A DNA stretch of 63,948 nucleotides, counting the filler, from Squatina squatina (lineage: Eukaryota), in assembly GCA_031763465.1 (NCBI GenBank). It is 4 parts of 4 records of this genome, joined end to end, with 100 filler letters (N's around TTAATTAATTAA, not from the genome) between each part and the next. Parts side by side here need not be neighbours in the genome. Positions count along the whole stretch, not along the records: positions 13,357 to 27,283 come from JARFOE010000001.1; positions 27,384 to 50,148 come from JARFOE010000162.1; 2 more parts are not named here. One strand, 5' to 3'. The first letter of the stretch is position 1. Every line of letters starts with the position of its first letter. Below are positions 26,679 through 40,128 of this stretch, in pieces. The translations under genes and the position numbers were made by a program. Under the pieces are notes generated by a model. It worked only from the letters and a program-made list of their open reading frames with translations. It did not search any database and was not told the origin of the DNA.

Positions 26679-27283
26679 GCATCTTGTTTCTCTCCAGCAG
26701 CTTCCTTTCGGATTCTTTTTGCTGCCTTCGTTGCTCTTGCGACTCCCCAATCTCTTCATTCAAACTTTCAATTTCATCTCTAAAGTCTTCCAGTTCTTTG
26801 CCTTTTTCATTCAACTCCATTTCAAACCTGCTTCGCATCTTCACAATGGACCTAGCCATATCTATTTCAGCCTCTCTCACCCTGCTCAGCTCTGCTTCCA
26901 GTTTTTTCTTTTCCTTCAGAATCTCTGGAGAAATGTGCTGTCTTTCGTGAAGCAGACTCTCTGCATTCTTGGTACTTTGCCTGAGATCTTCCACCGTCTG
27001 CAAGGCCTGTTTTAAAGCTTCATCTTTCTCTTCAAGTTGTCTTCTCAGGCTCTTAATTTTGCCATTTTGCTTACTTTCTACTCGTTTAAACTGCTCGTTC
27101 AGTTGTTGCTCAAAATGTTCCCAATCCCGGACAGTTTTTTCCAGATCTCCACATTGCTTTTTTAATTTTAATTCACTATTCACCCTCTCTTCCAGGTCCA
27201 ACTTTAATTTGGCAGTCTTTGATTCAAGACCATTTCTGGATTCTTCTAGTTGTACTATTGTCCGGAGCAAATCTTGGTTAATC
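26679..27283 (-). CDS. C4orf50: Coiled-coil exon A of C4orf50-like gene (both ends lost in gaps)
   Basis: About 200 uninterrupted codons of heptad sequence ending ..QKESERKLLERNKM. SERKLL matches the recalled C4orf50 motif ELSERKLL. Confidence 0.75.
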
Positions 27284-27383
27284 NNNNNNNNNNNNNNNNN
27301 NNNNNNNNNNNNNNNNNNNNNNNNNNNTTAATTAATTAANNNNNNNNNNNNNNNNNNNNNNNNNNNNNNNNNNNNNNNNNNNN
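27284..27383. other. Artificial assembly spacer (44N-TTAATTAATTAA-44N)
   Basis: Same structure as at 13257. It truncates the coiled-coil ORF. Confidence 0.95.
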
Positions 27384-28386
27384 TTCCTAATACGACCATC
27401 CTCATGGCTGCTCTTAACGTACAGCCACTCTGTGCAAATTTGAAAGAACACGCACTCACAAGCAACCAGGTTGAACCTGCCCAAGCTCCTTTCACTAGAG
27501 GAGAGACTTTGCTGTATTCAAATCCAGATGTAGGAGGACAGTGTGCACTCATTCCTCTCCCTCTCCTTTCAACTTCTTAAAAAGGCACTGGCGGAGGGAA
27601 GGGAGCAACCAATATCTCCAATAACGGGTCTGAAGTTTTACATGCAGCTTAATCATAAACTCATGTGAACGGATTCATTCTGCCAAAAGCAGTTTAAGAA
27701 GAATAGAAACCAGGATTATTTTTTGCATAATTTTGAACGGATGCCAAAGGGCTGCAACTTCCTCAGGAACATAGTTAGCATCACTTGCTAGTTTCACAAA
27801 GGGTGAATTTAGGAAACCGGATCTGTAGCTGCAATTTCTATCAGAAGGATCCTGATCGGTGACTCTCAACTCTGTTGCATACACACCACCAGGATCACCG
27901 TGTGCACCTTCCAGTCTGGAGCGGCAGGCTCTTTAAGGTGCACGAACCACTGAGGCAGCGCCTGCTTTAAGAGCTGTTCCATAAATGATCCCTGGGTTCA
28001 CTACTTGGGCCAAAGAGAATGAAAACAGCTGCATGAACATTGTACATCCATCAAAAAGCACTTAAACGTTGCCAAGACATGGCAGGAGTTGCAAAAAGCA
28101 AAGCCATCTTACTGGAGTTAGTACAGTTTAGATAAACAGTCTCCCATCTATGTACGTGCAAGACCGACTGAACCAAACTTGACCAGTTTCAAGAGTCATT
28201 TCTGTTATGGACTGGGAGTTCAAATAATGCAAGTGGCATCCCAGTAATTACAACTTGCATTTATATAGCACCTTTAACATAGTAAAACGGCAAATACCGA
28301 AGCTTCAACTGCATTCCCGCTGAGCCACTGTGCCAGATACTTTCTGAAAACCCCCTAGAATTAAGCATTCTAACCATTATAGTCTC

Positions 28387-28790
28387 TTGTGGGTTCAAGT
28401 CCTATTCCAGAGACACGAGCACAAAAATCTAGGCTGACACTCCTGTGCAATGCTGAAAGAGTGCCGCACGGTCGGAGGTGCTGTCGTTTGGATGAGATGT
28501 TAAACCGAGGCCCTGTCTGAGTGGACGCAAGAGATCCCATGGCATTACTTTGAAGAAGAGCAGGGGAGTTATCCCTGGTGTTCTGGTCAATATTTTCCCC
28601 TCATCACTAAAAAGTTATCTGGTCATTATCACATTACTGTTTGTGGGAGCTTGCTGTGTGCAAATTGGCTGCCGTGTTTCCCACATTACAACAGTGACTT
28701 CATTTCAATAAGTACTTCATTGGTTGTAAAGTGCTTTGGGATGTCGTGAGGTCGTAAGGTCGTAAAAGGCGCTATATAAATTCTTTTCTT
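28387..28790 (+). mobile_element. SacSINE1-like Deu-domain SINE
   Basis: B-box GGGTTCAAGTCC, with the same core and tail as 22238-22650. Confidence 0.85.
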
Positions 28791-29029
28791 CCATCCTCAC
28801 ACCATTTTTTCTGTCCCCAGTCCTGAAGGCGGTGATTTCTTGCTGAGGTACAAGGCCAGAGCCACTGCGGAACTCTGATACTTTGTGCAAATGCCCAATC
28901 TTGGTGTTAACNNNNNNNNNNNNNNNNNNNNNNNNNNNNNNNNNNNNNNNNNNNNNNNNNNNNNNNNNNNNNNNNNNNNNNNNNNNNNNNNNNNNNNNNN
29001 NNNNNNNNNNNGTGTCTGACTAACTTGAT

Positions 29030-29118
29030 TGGATTGGATGATCAGCCATGATCGTATTGAATGGCAGAGCGGGCTCAAAGGGCCAAATGGCCTACTCCTG
29101 CTCCTATTTTCTATGTTT
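29030..29118 (+). mobile_element. CR1/HER1 LINE (or HE1 SINE) 3' tail
   Basis: GATCAGCCATGATCGTATTGAATGG..GGGCCAAATGGCCTACTCCTGCTCCTATTTTCTATG. Confidence 0.8.
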
Positions 29119-30809
29119 ACTGAAGGTGCATTTAAATTGCAACTAACAGTCAGAGACAGAAGTCGGTTAAGGCTTCAGTTTCAGATTTATACTGCAACTT
29201 CACTGTCACTGCGAAATGGAAACCAATCCATAGCAATGCTGAAGTTACAGTATAATGCACCCCAAGAATCAAGTTCTTAAAATTACTTAAAGGATCACAA
29301 CAGGATTTAAGAACAAAAGAGGCAGATTCTTCCACAGATTGTGTAAAATTTGTTCGGACACAGACTCAACCCAAACCATTAAAGCTGCAAAAGAAATATC
29401 CTATGGAATTTCTGAAAGTTACTCAAAAACACCACATAATAGTTGTCTAACTTTGACATCATACTTCATACATCCTCAGTTGACTTTTTTGGCATATATT
29501 CATAGCCTCAGCAGCTGAACAACAGTTGTGTTGCGCACAGCATTTAATCAGTTCGATACAAAGTTATCATTATAACCCTCAATCATACTAAGATACTGAA
29601 CCAGCTCTTTTTGAAAATATGAATCAACGCAGCAGTAACTGCTTCAGCTGGGAGCCTCACATTGATGGAGAAAAATAAATCCTTCCAATCTCACATTTTG
29701 TATAACTTTTACATTCAGCTGTATACCTGTCTAGCTGATGTCCTAAATGCTGATGGTAGCCTTTAGTAGGTAGAATCTTTTAAACACTTAGACTGGCCCT
29801 CAGTTCCAGCCTTCTTTTTAGTTTTGATGGGCAAACAAAAAAAAAGGCTGCAGCTGGGGGAGGGGGGAGCGTCTGTGTATTCAGACAGACTTTACAAGGC
29901 AATCTGCTCTTGTAAAGCGTAACCTTACTTTGACCCGAAAGTGATACAAACCGAATAGACACCTACTCTCTCTCCCCACCTCGTCTGAAATCAACAATTT
30001 CCTTCAGACTAATACAGTAAATGCGATTACTACAAATGAGAATTTAGAAATAGAATCATAGGAAGTATGAAGATTAATGCAAGTGGCAAAAAGAGCACGA
30101 CAGCTTAGGTGCAAATAACAAAGCCCGATGCGAAGTTTCCAGTCTACAGCCCCCCGCTGACACCCGGGAGTCTTATTATCCGCAAGCTGCGTGCAAATCC
30201 CATTATATAAACTCGATGTTTTTTGGCGTTAGATCCTCTTACAGCTCCCGGGGAAAGTGTGGTGCGAGTGATCTGGACATTGCTGATAAATGAATTGAAA
30301 ATCATCTGCCCCCTCTATGTGTAGGTGAGATTTCCCCCAGGAGGTGAGGGAGGGTAGGGTCGGGGGAGTGGAGCGTTTAGTCTGTTCTTTGTGCTTGGCT
30401 GGTCACGTTTGCCCAGTGGATGGGCGATTCGCCAACCAGCTGAAGGGAGCCTGTGGCTTTTCTCAGCGATTGTTGTCTGCATTTGCACTTGGACTTAATG
30501 CCTGGTGTGTGTCTGCAACTGGGAGTGGATTAGAAAACAAAACAAAGCAACAAAAAAAAGCAGACAGACATGAACCCTCCCTTTCCAATACAAACAGAAG
30601 GACTTCCCCCAAATGAATAGAAGCAGCCGGTTCAGTCGGTTCCGAGACACTGATGTGCTCCAGCCCGACACATTTCAGCAACGTTCGATCTTTCTGTTGC
30701 ACTAAAGGATATCACGCAGGTGTCGGTGTATAGTCCTTCGCGATTGCCAATATCCCTTACCTGCCCCGACGCGATGGTTTCTTGCACGACTGAAAGATCA
30801 CACGTAGAA

Positions 30810-31184
30810 TCAATATAGCATAGGAGGAGGCCATTCGGCCCGGCGAGCCTGTCCTGGCTCTTTCGCTGATCAATCCAGTTAGTCCCACACCCTCGCTCTT
30901 TCCTCATATCCCTGCAATTTTCTCTCCAAGTATTTATCCAATTCCTTTTTGAAGGTTACTATTGAATCTGTATCCACCAGCCCATCAGGCAGTGCATTCC
31001 AAATCCTAACCACTCGTTGCAGTAAAAAAAATGTTCATGTCACCTCTGATTCTTTTGCCAATCACCTTTAATCTGTGCCCTCTTGTTTGCAACCTTTCAG
31101 CCATTGGTTTCATAGAAACATAGAAAATAGGTGCAGGAGTAGGCCATTCGGCCCTTCGAGCCTGCACCGCCATTCAACACGATC
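30810..31184 (-). mobile_element. Two adjacent CR1-type LINE 3' ends
   Basis: GGCCATTCGGCCC tails near 30830 and 31142. The 30900-31100 part is the reverse complement of the family at 63060-63340. Confidence 0.75.
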
Positions 31185-31289
31185 NNNNNNNNNNNNNNNN
31201 NNNNNNNNNNNNNNNNNNNNNNNNNNNNNNNNNNNNNNNNNNNNNNNNNNNNNNNNNNNNNNNNNNNNNNNNNNNNNNNNNNNNTTCTT

Positions 31290-31515
31290 TGGCACTATTT
31301 GAAGCAAGCTGGGGAGTCCTGGCTCATGTTTATCCCTCAACCAAGATTCACTTAAAAACAGATGCTCTGGCCATTATATTATTGCCGTTTGTGCTCAAGT
31401 TGGCTGCTGCCTTTCCTTACATTATAATAGTGACTTAATTGGCCGTAAATGCTTTGGGACATCCTGAGACCATGAGAGGCGCTATACAAATGTAAGAACT
31501 TTCCCTTTTCTTCTT
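31290..31515 (+). mobile_element. Partial SacSINE1-like SINE (3' half)
   Basis: GGCACTATTTGAAG..TTGGGACATCCTGAG..GGCGCTATACAAATG. Confidence 0.65.
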
Positions 31516-33714
31516 TCTTAACTGGCAGGATTACATTTAAACACCTACGATATGGAAGAAGAAAAATGCATAGGTTGTGGGGACGATGTCACTTTAAGTC
31601 ACAGCAGGTGGAACGTGGCTTCAATGGCCTGTTGATNNNNNNNNNNCAGCACGGTCAGCCACCACTGCCTGGCTGCACATTGCAGAGGTTTGTCATAAAG
31701 AGCAAGGGCACACTGACAACACATCTTACCAAACAAATATTTCAGAGGTAGTCATGGACAAAGGTGACTACGACCCAGGTGTGTTTTGTACAAGTTGAAG
31801 TGTCATGTTGTCAAGCCATTTGCGGCCTGAAAGATATTTCATTTTTTTAATTTAACGCGCTGTTTTCATTGCGCTAATCACACAGGCATTCTACCTGCCG
31901 TTACTTCTGTCCTAACGACAGCTGTTTTCGTCTCCCCACCGTGTCCGCTCCTGGTGGGCACCGTGCCAGCCCACCTACCGACCAGGGCCGCTGCCCCGTT
32001 GAGTCCTGCCCTTGCAGATTTGTCCGCATTAAAAGAACACTCAGTACCCAGCAACCCACCTCGAAGAAAACAATCTCAAACTGGCAGGAGTGCTAATCAA
32101 GCAGGCAATCGGAACACATGCTGCAGCAGCCGAGCTTGGCACAGAGATAGGCTGTCTGGCTCTGGCGATGAGGTAATGTCTGAGTTTGCTGCCAAACTGC
32201 AGAACGAGTCAGACACTCCCTGTGCTGACACTTCCTCAGAAATGTGTTGTATTGAGAGAGTCTTGCAGAAGTTTCTCTGCATCCTTTAACTAGCTGCTGG
32301 GCCCAATTGTGTGAACTAATTACACAGCCACTGAATTACTCCAGAAACACCTGGCACTGCAATTGTTCGAATTAATTCTGCTGTAATAAGGATTACTCCA
32401 CCTGAGGAGAGAACAAAATAAATAACACCCAGCATAAAGGTTATATAACACACAGGGTAGAGTTTATATAAAACACAGGATAGAGTTTACATTAAACACA
32501 NNNNNNNNNNNNNNNNNNNNNNNNNNNNNNNNNNNNNNNNNNNNNNNNNNNNNNNNNNNNNNNNNNNNNNNNNNNNNNNNNNNNNNNNNNNNNNNNNNNN
32601 AAGTTAACAAAAAATGCCCAGCTTTATTCACGCAACTTCCCAGCCTCCTGCCAATGGAATGAGATGGGTGTGTGGTGAGGGGACCTGAAGGCCCGGATTC
32701 TCCCCCCGCCCTCCCCCCGCACCAGCGGGGGGATGGGACCTACACAACGCCATGGCAACCGTGGAAATGAGAAAAGCATTTCTGAATGATAGCTCCTGGG
32801 AGAGCGATAATTCCGTTTATTTAATCCTTGTGCCTACTAGAATATAAAAAAAAATCAATAAAGTTATTAATTTCTGAATTTATGACAGGGGAGAGGAAAA
32901 ACCTGGCTCTTAGGCCCGCTTCAAACCAGCGAGAGGGGCAAGAGTGAGTGGAGAATGGGAGAAAATATTTACAGTGAGGAGCAAATCACCTTTAAAAAAA
33001 ATGTTTTATAATTGAAGGTCATTGCTAAAAGTGAGCTAATTCCGGGTGTGTGAGGCTCATTCAAACAGAAGACACATTCTGCTGCAGTCTATATTGGCAC
33101 AGTCAGCTTTCTCTGGTTAACAGCTGAACTGGTAAATCTCTCAGTGGGGCATTTTTGGACCCAAACAATGTCTAGACAGGCTAGAGAAAGCAGCTGAATT
33201 AGCAGTCACCACACCAGCATTGCCTCCAGCCTGGGCAGCTACCTTCATCATCGCTGTGACAATATAAATTAAGGTTCAGTGGCATCACTCCCTCATTTTA
33301 AAATCTGCTGTCTCGATCCCAGCTTTCGCACTTATTCCCCCAACTCACGTATTTTTTTTTTACACACAGATTACTTCTTCATCCCCTGTGCATTACACCT
33401 TCAAATTGTTCTGCCTACTGTCAGGAATAAACTGTGTATGCAGAGAGAAGAATATGTATATCCTGCTCCTTTCTCCATCTCCTCCCCCTCGCTGCCAACC
33501 TCGATATAACAGTGAAAGTGAGCTTTGGTGTGCGAGAGGGGACGGATATCACAGCAGTGGGTTTTCTCTCTATTTTGCTTTTCTCTGCAAAATTACTCGG
33601 AGCTGCTCTTGCTCNNNNNNNNNNNNNNNNNNNNNNNNNNNNNNNNNNNNNNNNNNNNNNNNNNNNNNNNNNNNNNNNNNNNNNNNNNNNNNNNNNNNNN
33701 NNNNNNNNNNNNNN

Positions 33715-33945
33715 AATTGAAGGGGGCCTGGGACAGATCCTTACCCAGTCTGGCCTAGATGTGAGTCCAGTCCCACACCAACGTGGTTGTCTCTTCACTG
33801 CACTCTGTACTTGCTGAGCAACCCACCCTGTTGCATCAAACCACACAAGAATGTAGCTCACCATCACCTTCCCAGGGCAACAAGTGATGGGCAATACATC
33901 CCGGCCCTGCCAGGAACGCCCACATCCCGAGAATGAATAAAAGGT
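33715..33945 (+). mobile_element. Retroposon 3' tail of a second shark family
   Basis: GCTCACCATCACCTTCCCAGGGCAA..GATGGGCAATA..CGCCCACATCCCGAGAATGAATAAAA. A related fragment lies at about 37630-37760. Confidence 0.55.
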
Positions 33946-34739
33946 CTGATCTAATGGGCAGATGCGATGATCTAGTTCTCTGGGCAATGCAGCCCACCCG
34001 AGAGGCTGTCACCACTGAGTCACCAGCAGTGCAGGAAGAAGAAACAAAATGCCTCCCTCCTGGTGAAGAGCAATAATGCCACAAGCTGAACTTCCCGGAA
34101 CGAGCTGGACTGTGTCTTGAGGGATGCAGCAAGGAAAAAAATAACAACTGACCAACATGGAAACATTTATCTCTAAACCGGGGTGGTGTTTCCCTTTAAA
34201 TTCACCACACTCAACATTGCAGTGATGGTGATTGGAATTGAAAGGGTCTGCGAGTAACTCAGAGAATTTAAAATCTCTGTGTCATCTCGACTGGATCAAT
34301 TTTACAACAAATCCACTGTTTGAAATTCCACCCAGACACACACTCCAAACAGCTTTTGTAGTCAATTCCGGCAGTAATGTAACACAGGCCACTGAATGAG
34401 TGCAGAGATGGAATGGATTCACATAGTAACCCTACCCTCCTTCCCAGAGGGGCGTCTTTCTGAGGGGAAGGGGTTGGGTGATCATTGCAGATGGTTTATA
34501 TTTATAATGTTCAGCAGGAGGAAGACAGGAATAATGACATCTGACAACGAGCAGTGTGTCAGCTCATTTATCAGTCAGAGACATTAAATTGGGCCAACTA
34601 AAAATATTTAAACTGTTTCAGACCACTCGGAGTTCTGGGACAATGGGCAATGTGAATCAATTCAAGTCAGCTTGATGCATCCACCTAAGTACCAAAATGC
34701 CCGTCAATTTATTCCTGTCTATTTATCTGTTTTTCTTTG

Positions 34740-35865
34740 AGCTCCTCACCTTGTTCCACCTCTCTCCTGTCCTTTAAAATCCTTGTTCTCTACCGCCCAC
34801 CTAAACCCATGTTGAGTTTCTCATTGAGATACCCTCACTGTTTTCCTCCCTCCACAGCTGCACTGAGTGATTCATTATCCACTGTGATTTTAATCTCCAT
34901 CTCAGCTATCCTTGTCCTTGCACCTCTAAATTCACTGCCCTCCTATCCCAGCCCCCCTTTACTTCTCCCGCACTATAAACTTGCCTACTCATATTCACGG
35001 CCACCACCTCAGCATTGCCATCTCACATGGCTTCTCTACTCCCATCGATTCAATCACAGACAAGGCCATCTCTGATCACTTCCTTGTATCTGTGCCCTGG
35101 TGCTGAGCCAATGCCTTTCTCCAGTACCTCTGCCCTAGCACTGAACCCACATTTCCGCTCCTAACTCCCCTCATGCCCTCTCTGAGCTCATCTTGTCCAT
35201 GGGACCACTTCCTACACCCCGGACACCATTCCCACTAAAATACGAACCGCTCCACTAATACTTCCTGGCCCTTTTGCTAGCTGATGTTAATGGTCCTCTA
35301 TCCTCAGACACTGTTTCCCTCCCTTTCAAAACTGCTGTCATCGCCCCACTCCTCAAAAAAGCCAGCCTTGACCCTTCTGTCCTTGAAAATTACCTCCCCA
35401 TCTCCAAGCTGTTCCCTCTCCAATATCCTGGAATGTGTTGTTGACTCCCAAATGCATGTCCATCTTTCCCACAACTCCATGTTCAAATCTCTTCAATCAG
35501 CTTTATGCCTCTGCCACAGCATTGAAATGACCCTTATCAATGTCACAAATGATGTCCTCTGAGTGTGACCATGCAGCACTATCCCTCCTCCATCTCCTCA
35601 AATTCTCTGCAGCCTTCGACAAAGTTAATCACACCAATCTCCTCCAACGCCTCTCCTCTGCTGTCTAGCTCAGTGGAATCACAGTCATTTGGTTCCACTT
35701 GTACCTAATCTGATCATAGCCAGAGCAACTCCAACACTGGCTTCTCTTCCTGCCTCCGCACCATTACCTCTGGAGTCCCCTCGAGGATCAATCCTTGGTT
35801 CTCCCCTCTTCCTCACCTACATGCTGCCCCTTGTCGACATCATCTGCAGCCACAGGGCTAGCTTC
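34740..35865 (+). mobile_element. Decayed L2-clade LINE ORF2 (endonuclease and RT fragments)
   Basis: ILVLYRPPK (APE endonuclease), PLLKKASLDPSVLENYLPIS, FSAAFDKVNH..LLQRL and RGSILGSPLFLTYMLPL (RT). Pyrimidine-rich sense strand with frameshifts. Confidence 0.85.
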
Positions 35866-38800
35866 NNNNNNNNNNNNNNNNNNNNNNNNNNNNNNNNNNN
35901 NNNNNNNNNNNNNNNNNNNNNNNNNNNNNNNNNNNNNNNNNNNNNNNNNNNNNNNNNNNNNNNNNAATAACAGCAGATGTGTTATGACAGCTGCTATCTT
36001 TTCTTAAGTTAAATACAGCCAGGCGGGTTGATTCACAGGGGATTGTGTAACTTCAACCACAAGAAAAATAACCTTCAAAGCCAAGTTAGACAAAGCGTAT
36101 GGAGAAGTGTAAATGGGGAAAGAGAGCCCAGCTGACTGCAGTGTTTCCATTCCATTGTCAGCACTATGAGCTCAGCCCAGCCCTCCACTCACAGAATCCT
36201 ATTACTGCTGTATCAGCAATATAGCAGAATGAGAGGCAAGAAGGTTACAGACACATCAGTCCTCTCCTGTCCTCCGCTGATCAAAACGTTTTGTCTAATT
36301 TCTTTGCTTCGAGATACATATAACAAGGTGCTGCATGTGGCAGGTGGAGGCTGGGAATAACTGAGCCCAAGCAATCGATAGGCTGCAGAAAAGTTGGCAG
36401 AGGGGGCGATTGCATGTTGTGCTGTGCAGCTATGGCAGATACCAAGATTATGCGGTTTGCTCTGATGCTGATTGTGGAGGGATAAAGACGCTGGTGAATG
36501 AAGTATTTCCCATCNNNNNNNNNNNNNNNNNNNNNNNNNNNNNNNNNNNNNNNNNNNNNNNNNNNNNNNNNNNNNNNNNNNNNNNNNNNNNNNNNNNNNN
36601 NNNNNNNNNNNNNNTGGCTTGAGCAACATGCACGAGCAGCGGTCCTGCCCCCTCTCTTAAGGGCAAGGGCCGCAGGCATTCGGGGAAGAGGACGATCGAC
36701 TGTTCCCTGGGCCATCAGGTAAGTTGAACATTTTTTCTGAGAGTGCCGGTACGCCAGAGAGTGTGCCGGCAAGGGTGGGGGTCCACGGGGTGCATCGGCC
36801 GCCAGACATTGGCTTACAGGGACGTTGGTCGATGATTAAAGATGGCAGCCGACGGCGCAGGTCACGCACCTTCAAGGCACCCAAGCTACGACAGGGGAAA
36901 CAGGAAGCCCCCAGCATACAATGAGATGACGTTGCATGCTGGCCCCTGCTAAACCGGCGGCGGGCATTTACACTGCCAGCACCACAGGCCCCATTCTGAA
37001 CTTGGCATTTTTAGGTCTCAACGCAGGCGTGAGGTCAAACCAAATTGAGGCCTCTTTGTGTCCAAATGTTTTGAAAGGTTAGATAACCTGGAGCTTCAGC
37101 CCCGCAATGCCTGGCTGTCCAAGGAGAGATTTCTCTGGGTGCAGGTTTTATTCAAATTCCCTCAAGGGATTAAATCATGCTAGAGAAAGCCAACAGTAGT
37201 ACAAACTACTGATGGGCTATTGGACTTAATGGGTTGGATGACCTTTTCTCATTCCAGCTACATACAGAATGGTACAAAATTTGCACAATTCCTGGATACA
37301 GTCACTGTGGTCGCTCAAGCACCCAGCACTACACATAAGACATGAAAACACGTATAATGCTGTCGATTGTATCCTTCCTCTGGTGAAGGTCATACACGAG
37401 CACCGTGCCTCCAGGCAGCAGGAGGACCTACCGAAGATTCCAAGAGCCACTGAGCAGAATCAGTCTCTCTCAACCTGCACTAATCTGAAGCAGGAGACAG
37501 TCGTTACATATTACATAGAGTGCATAGATTCATAGCACAGGCCATTCGGCCCAACTGGTCTATGCCATGTTTACACTCCACTCAATTTCCTCCCACCCAT
37601 CTTCATCCAACCCTATCACCGTTGTTGAACCTGAACTGCCTCTGCAGTGGCCCAGCAACCCACCCCGCTGTATCAAACAGCTACACACAGCGGTTCAAGC
37701 AGAAAACCCACCACCACCTCCTCAGGGCAACGAGTGCCGGCCTTTCCAGCGATGCCCAAAAAAATGTAATATCAGGGAGAAATACAATTGGCGTCCTCTG
37801 GATTCAATGCTCCCTGAATAGATTTTGCTCGATATGCTCGCGATCAGGAATTAAAGAGGTTTCTCCTCAGTCGTGAACCATCCATGCCTTGTGCAGCCTT
37901 ATTCGGAAGGCCCTGGGACTTGGGAGATTTGGGGTAAGAAGGCTGACTGGGGACATTAATGTTGTTTTTGACAACACTTTAAAAGCTGTTGATGCAAAAA
38001 TGGCTCCGTTTATTCTCAGAGCAATGCGGTGAAAATCCTCTGAGAATCTAATAGTCTCTTTTGAACAGATAATTTTTTGATTGTGTGTTTTATGTTCCGT
38101 GAGCAGCATCTAAAGCCTTGTCAGAGTTTTCAGCACCAAGACTGGTTTCTCTGATGTGACTTCAATTGGATAAATAAAACATTCAATCAAAAAATTATTT
38201 GTTGGAAAGAGACTGCTGGAGTCTCCGAGGACTTCCACAGGAATTGATCTGTGGAAAAAATGAATAATTTTTGCATCAACAGCTTTAGAAATGATGTCAG
38301 AAATAGTTTAACGTCTTCACTCATACATGTCATCCTGGCATCAGTAAATGGGTTCAATAATTTTTACTCTAATCTAATCGCTCCAGCTGTTTATCATTCC
38401 TACTCGTGTCTANNNNNNNNNNNNNNNNNNNNNNNNNNNNNNNNNNNNNNNNNNNNNNNNNNNNNNNNNNNNNNNNNNNNNNNNNNNNNNNNNNNNNNNN
38501 NNNNNNNNNNNNTGTTGGGTTTATGCATTAGAGGTAGAGTAGGGACAACAGATGAGCAGACAAGTTGTCTACCATTAAATACATTCAGTTAATAAACTAG
38601 CACTGCAGATCAGTAAACGTCTGCTGCACTCACTTGAATAGTTTTAATGAGCTGTCTGAATACACAGCATTTGCTTCATTTGCACATTTTCCTTTTAATC
38701 CATCTCCAGACAACTGAATTATTGATGTAATTAACATATTGTGTAACTATCCTTCCTCCAAATCTCAGAGATATTCACCTAATCAGCATATTATGTAACA

Positions 38801-39774
38801 CCAACATCCTTTAAGATGATTCAGCTGATTAGAATGTGATATCAAACCACCTACGGAGAATCAACAATGGGAATATTCTAGAAACCTTCTGGAACATTCC
38901 TCAGAATGGCAAACATCACCATTATGTGCTTTTGTTAAGAGGACGTCTAGACTTCCGAACTTTTTTTTTGTCAGCAGCATAAAGAATGAATCCTTTCTCC
39001 TCTCTGTCCAGATTTGATCCTTTGTCCCAAGGCTAAAATGGACTATCTTGTAGTTCATTGTACCGCACTATCTCCCCAACAGAGAAAAGAGGCTTTGGTT
39101 TTCTCTGGTGAAGTCGTGTTTGAAGTGGGAGGACCATGTTCTAAACTGANNNNNNNNNNNNNNNNNNNNNNNNNNNNNNNNNNNNNNNNNNNNNNNNNNN
39201 NNNNNNNNNNNNNNNNNNNNNNNNNNNNNNNNNNNNNNNNNNNNNNNNNCTGAAGTGCTCTTGTAGAGAGCTGGCACAGGCCTGTCAGGCTGAATGGCCT
39301 TTCCTTACCCTGAAAAGTGTGTACTTGGACTCATCTTCTCGTACCCATATGGCATTAGCTCTGCCAAGAACCAGTGCTATCCAGCAGGGTCAGAGTCCAA
39401 CGTCATGATTGAAAACATATATATTAGTACAATTTTTAAATAATTACCAGTTAGAAGGGCTAATTACTGATAGAATGAATGATCATGAACCCACGCTGTG
39501 TGTTTTAAAGTCTCTTCACCTTTCCTGTGCAGAGGCTGTGGTTTGAACTGCTTAGACCAACACACTCTGTTTCCCAGATGGGGCTCGTGTGGGCGAGTGC
39601 GTCAATGCAGCGGGGGATTGTGGCAAGATTAAAATCTCTCAGATACAACTGCCAAAACCAAAAGAGGGAATGTTCCTCAGCTGCCTCTAATTGTATGGTT
39701 CGGTAATCCTGTGGCTGCAGTGACCTGAACACAGCAGTGTGTTTGTGTACCCGTGTGGGCCCATGAACACACGT

Positions 39775-40028
39775 TTGTGTGTGTCTGAGTGTGTGTGTGT
39801 CTCCATGTCTCTCTCTCTCCCTCTGTCTGCCTGTCTCTCTCGCCCTGTCTCTCTCTCACTCTATCTCTCCCCCTGTCTCCTGCTCTCACCCTGTCTCTCT
39901 CGCTCTGTTTCTCTCGCTCGTCCTGTCTCTTTCTCTCTCTCTCACCTTGTCTTTCTCTCTCTCGCCCTGTCTTTCTTTCTCTCTCGCCGTGTCTCTCTCT
40001 CTCTCTCTCGCCCTGTCTCTCTCTCTCG
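39775..40028. repeat. (TG)n / (CT)n-rich compound microsatellite running into a gap
   Basis: Seen directly. It accounts for the low-complexity RERE/SLSL ORFs. Confidence 0.95.
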
Positions 40029-40128
40029 NNNNNNNNNNNNNNNNNNNNNNNNNNNNNNNNNNNNNNNNNNNNNNNNNNNNNNNNNNNNNNNNNNNNNNNN
40101 NNNNNNNNNNNNNNNNNNNNNNNNNNNN

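Noticed and set aside
2385-27283. C4orf50-like gene nested within SLC25A12 intron 2
   Set aside because: An artificial spacer separates the two genes and no upstream SLC25A12 exons were found, so linkage is unsupported.
26082-27331. Plus-strand Ser/Phe/Leu-rich ORFs (also 24189-24729)
   Set aside because: They are antisense shadows of the E/K-rich coiled-coil exons.
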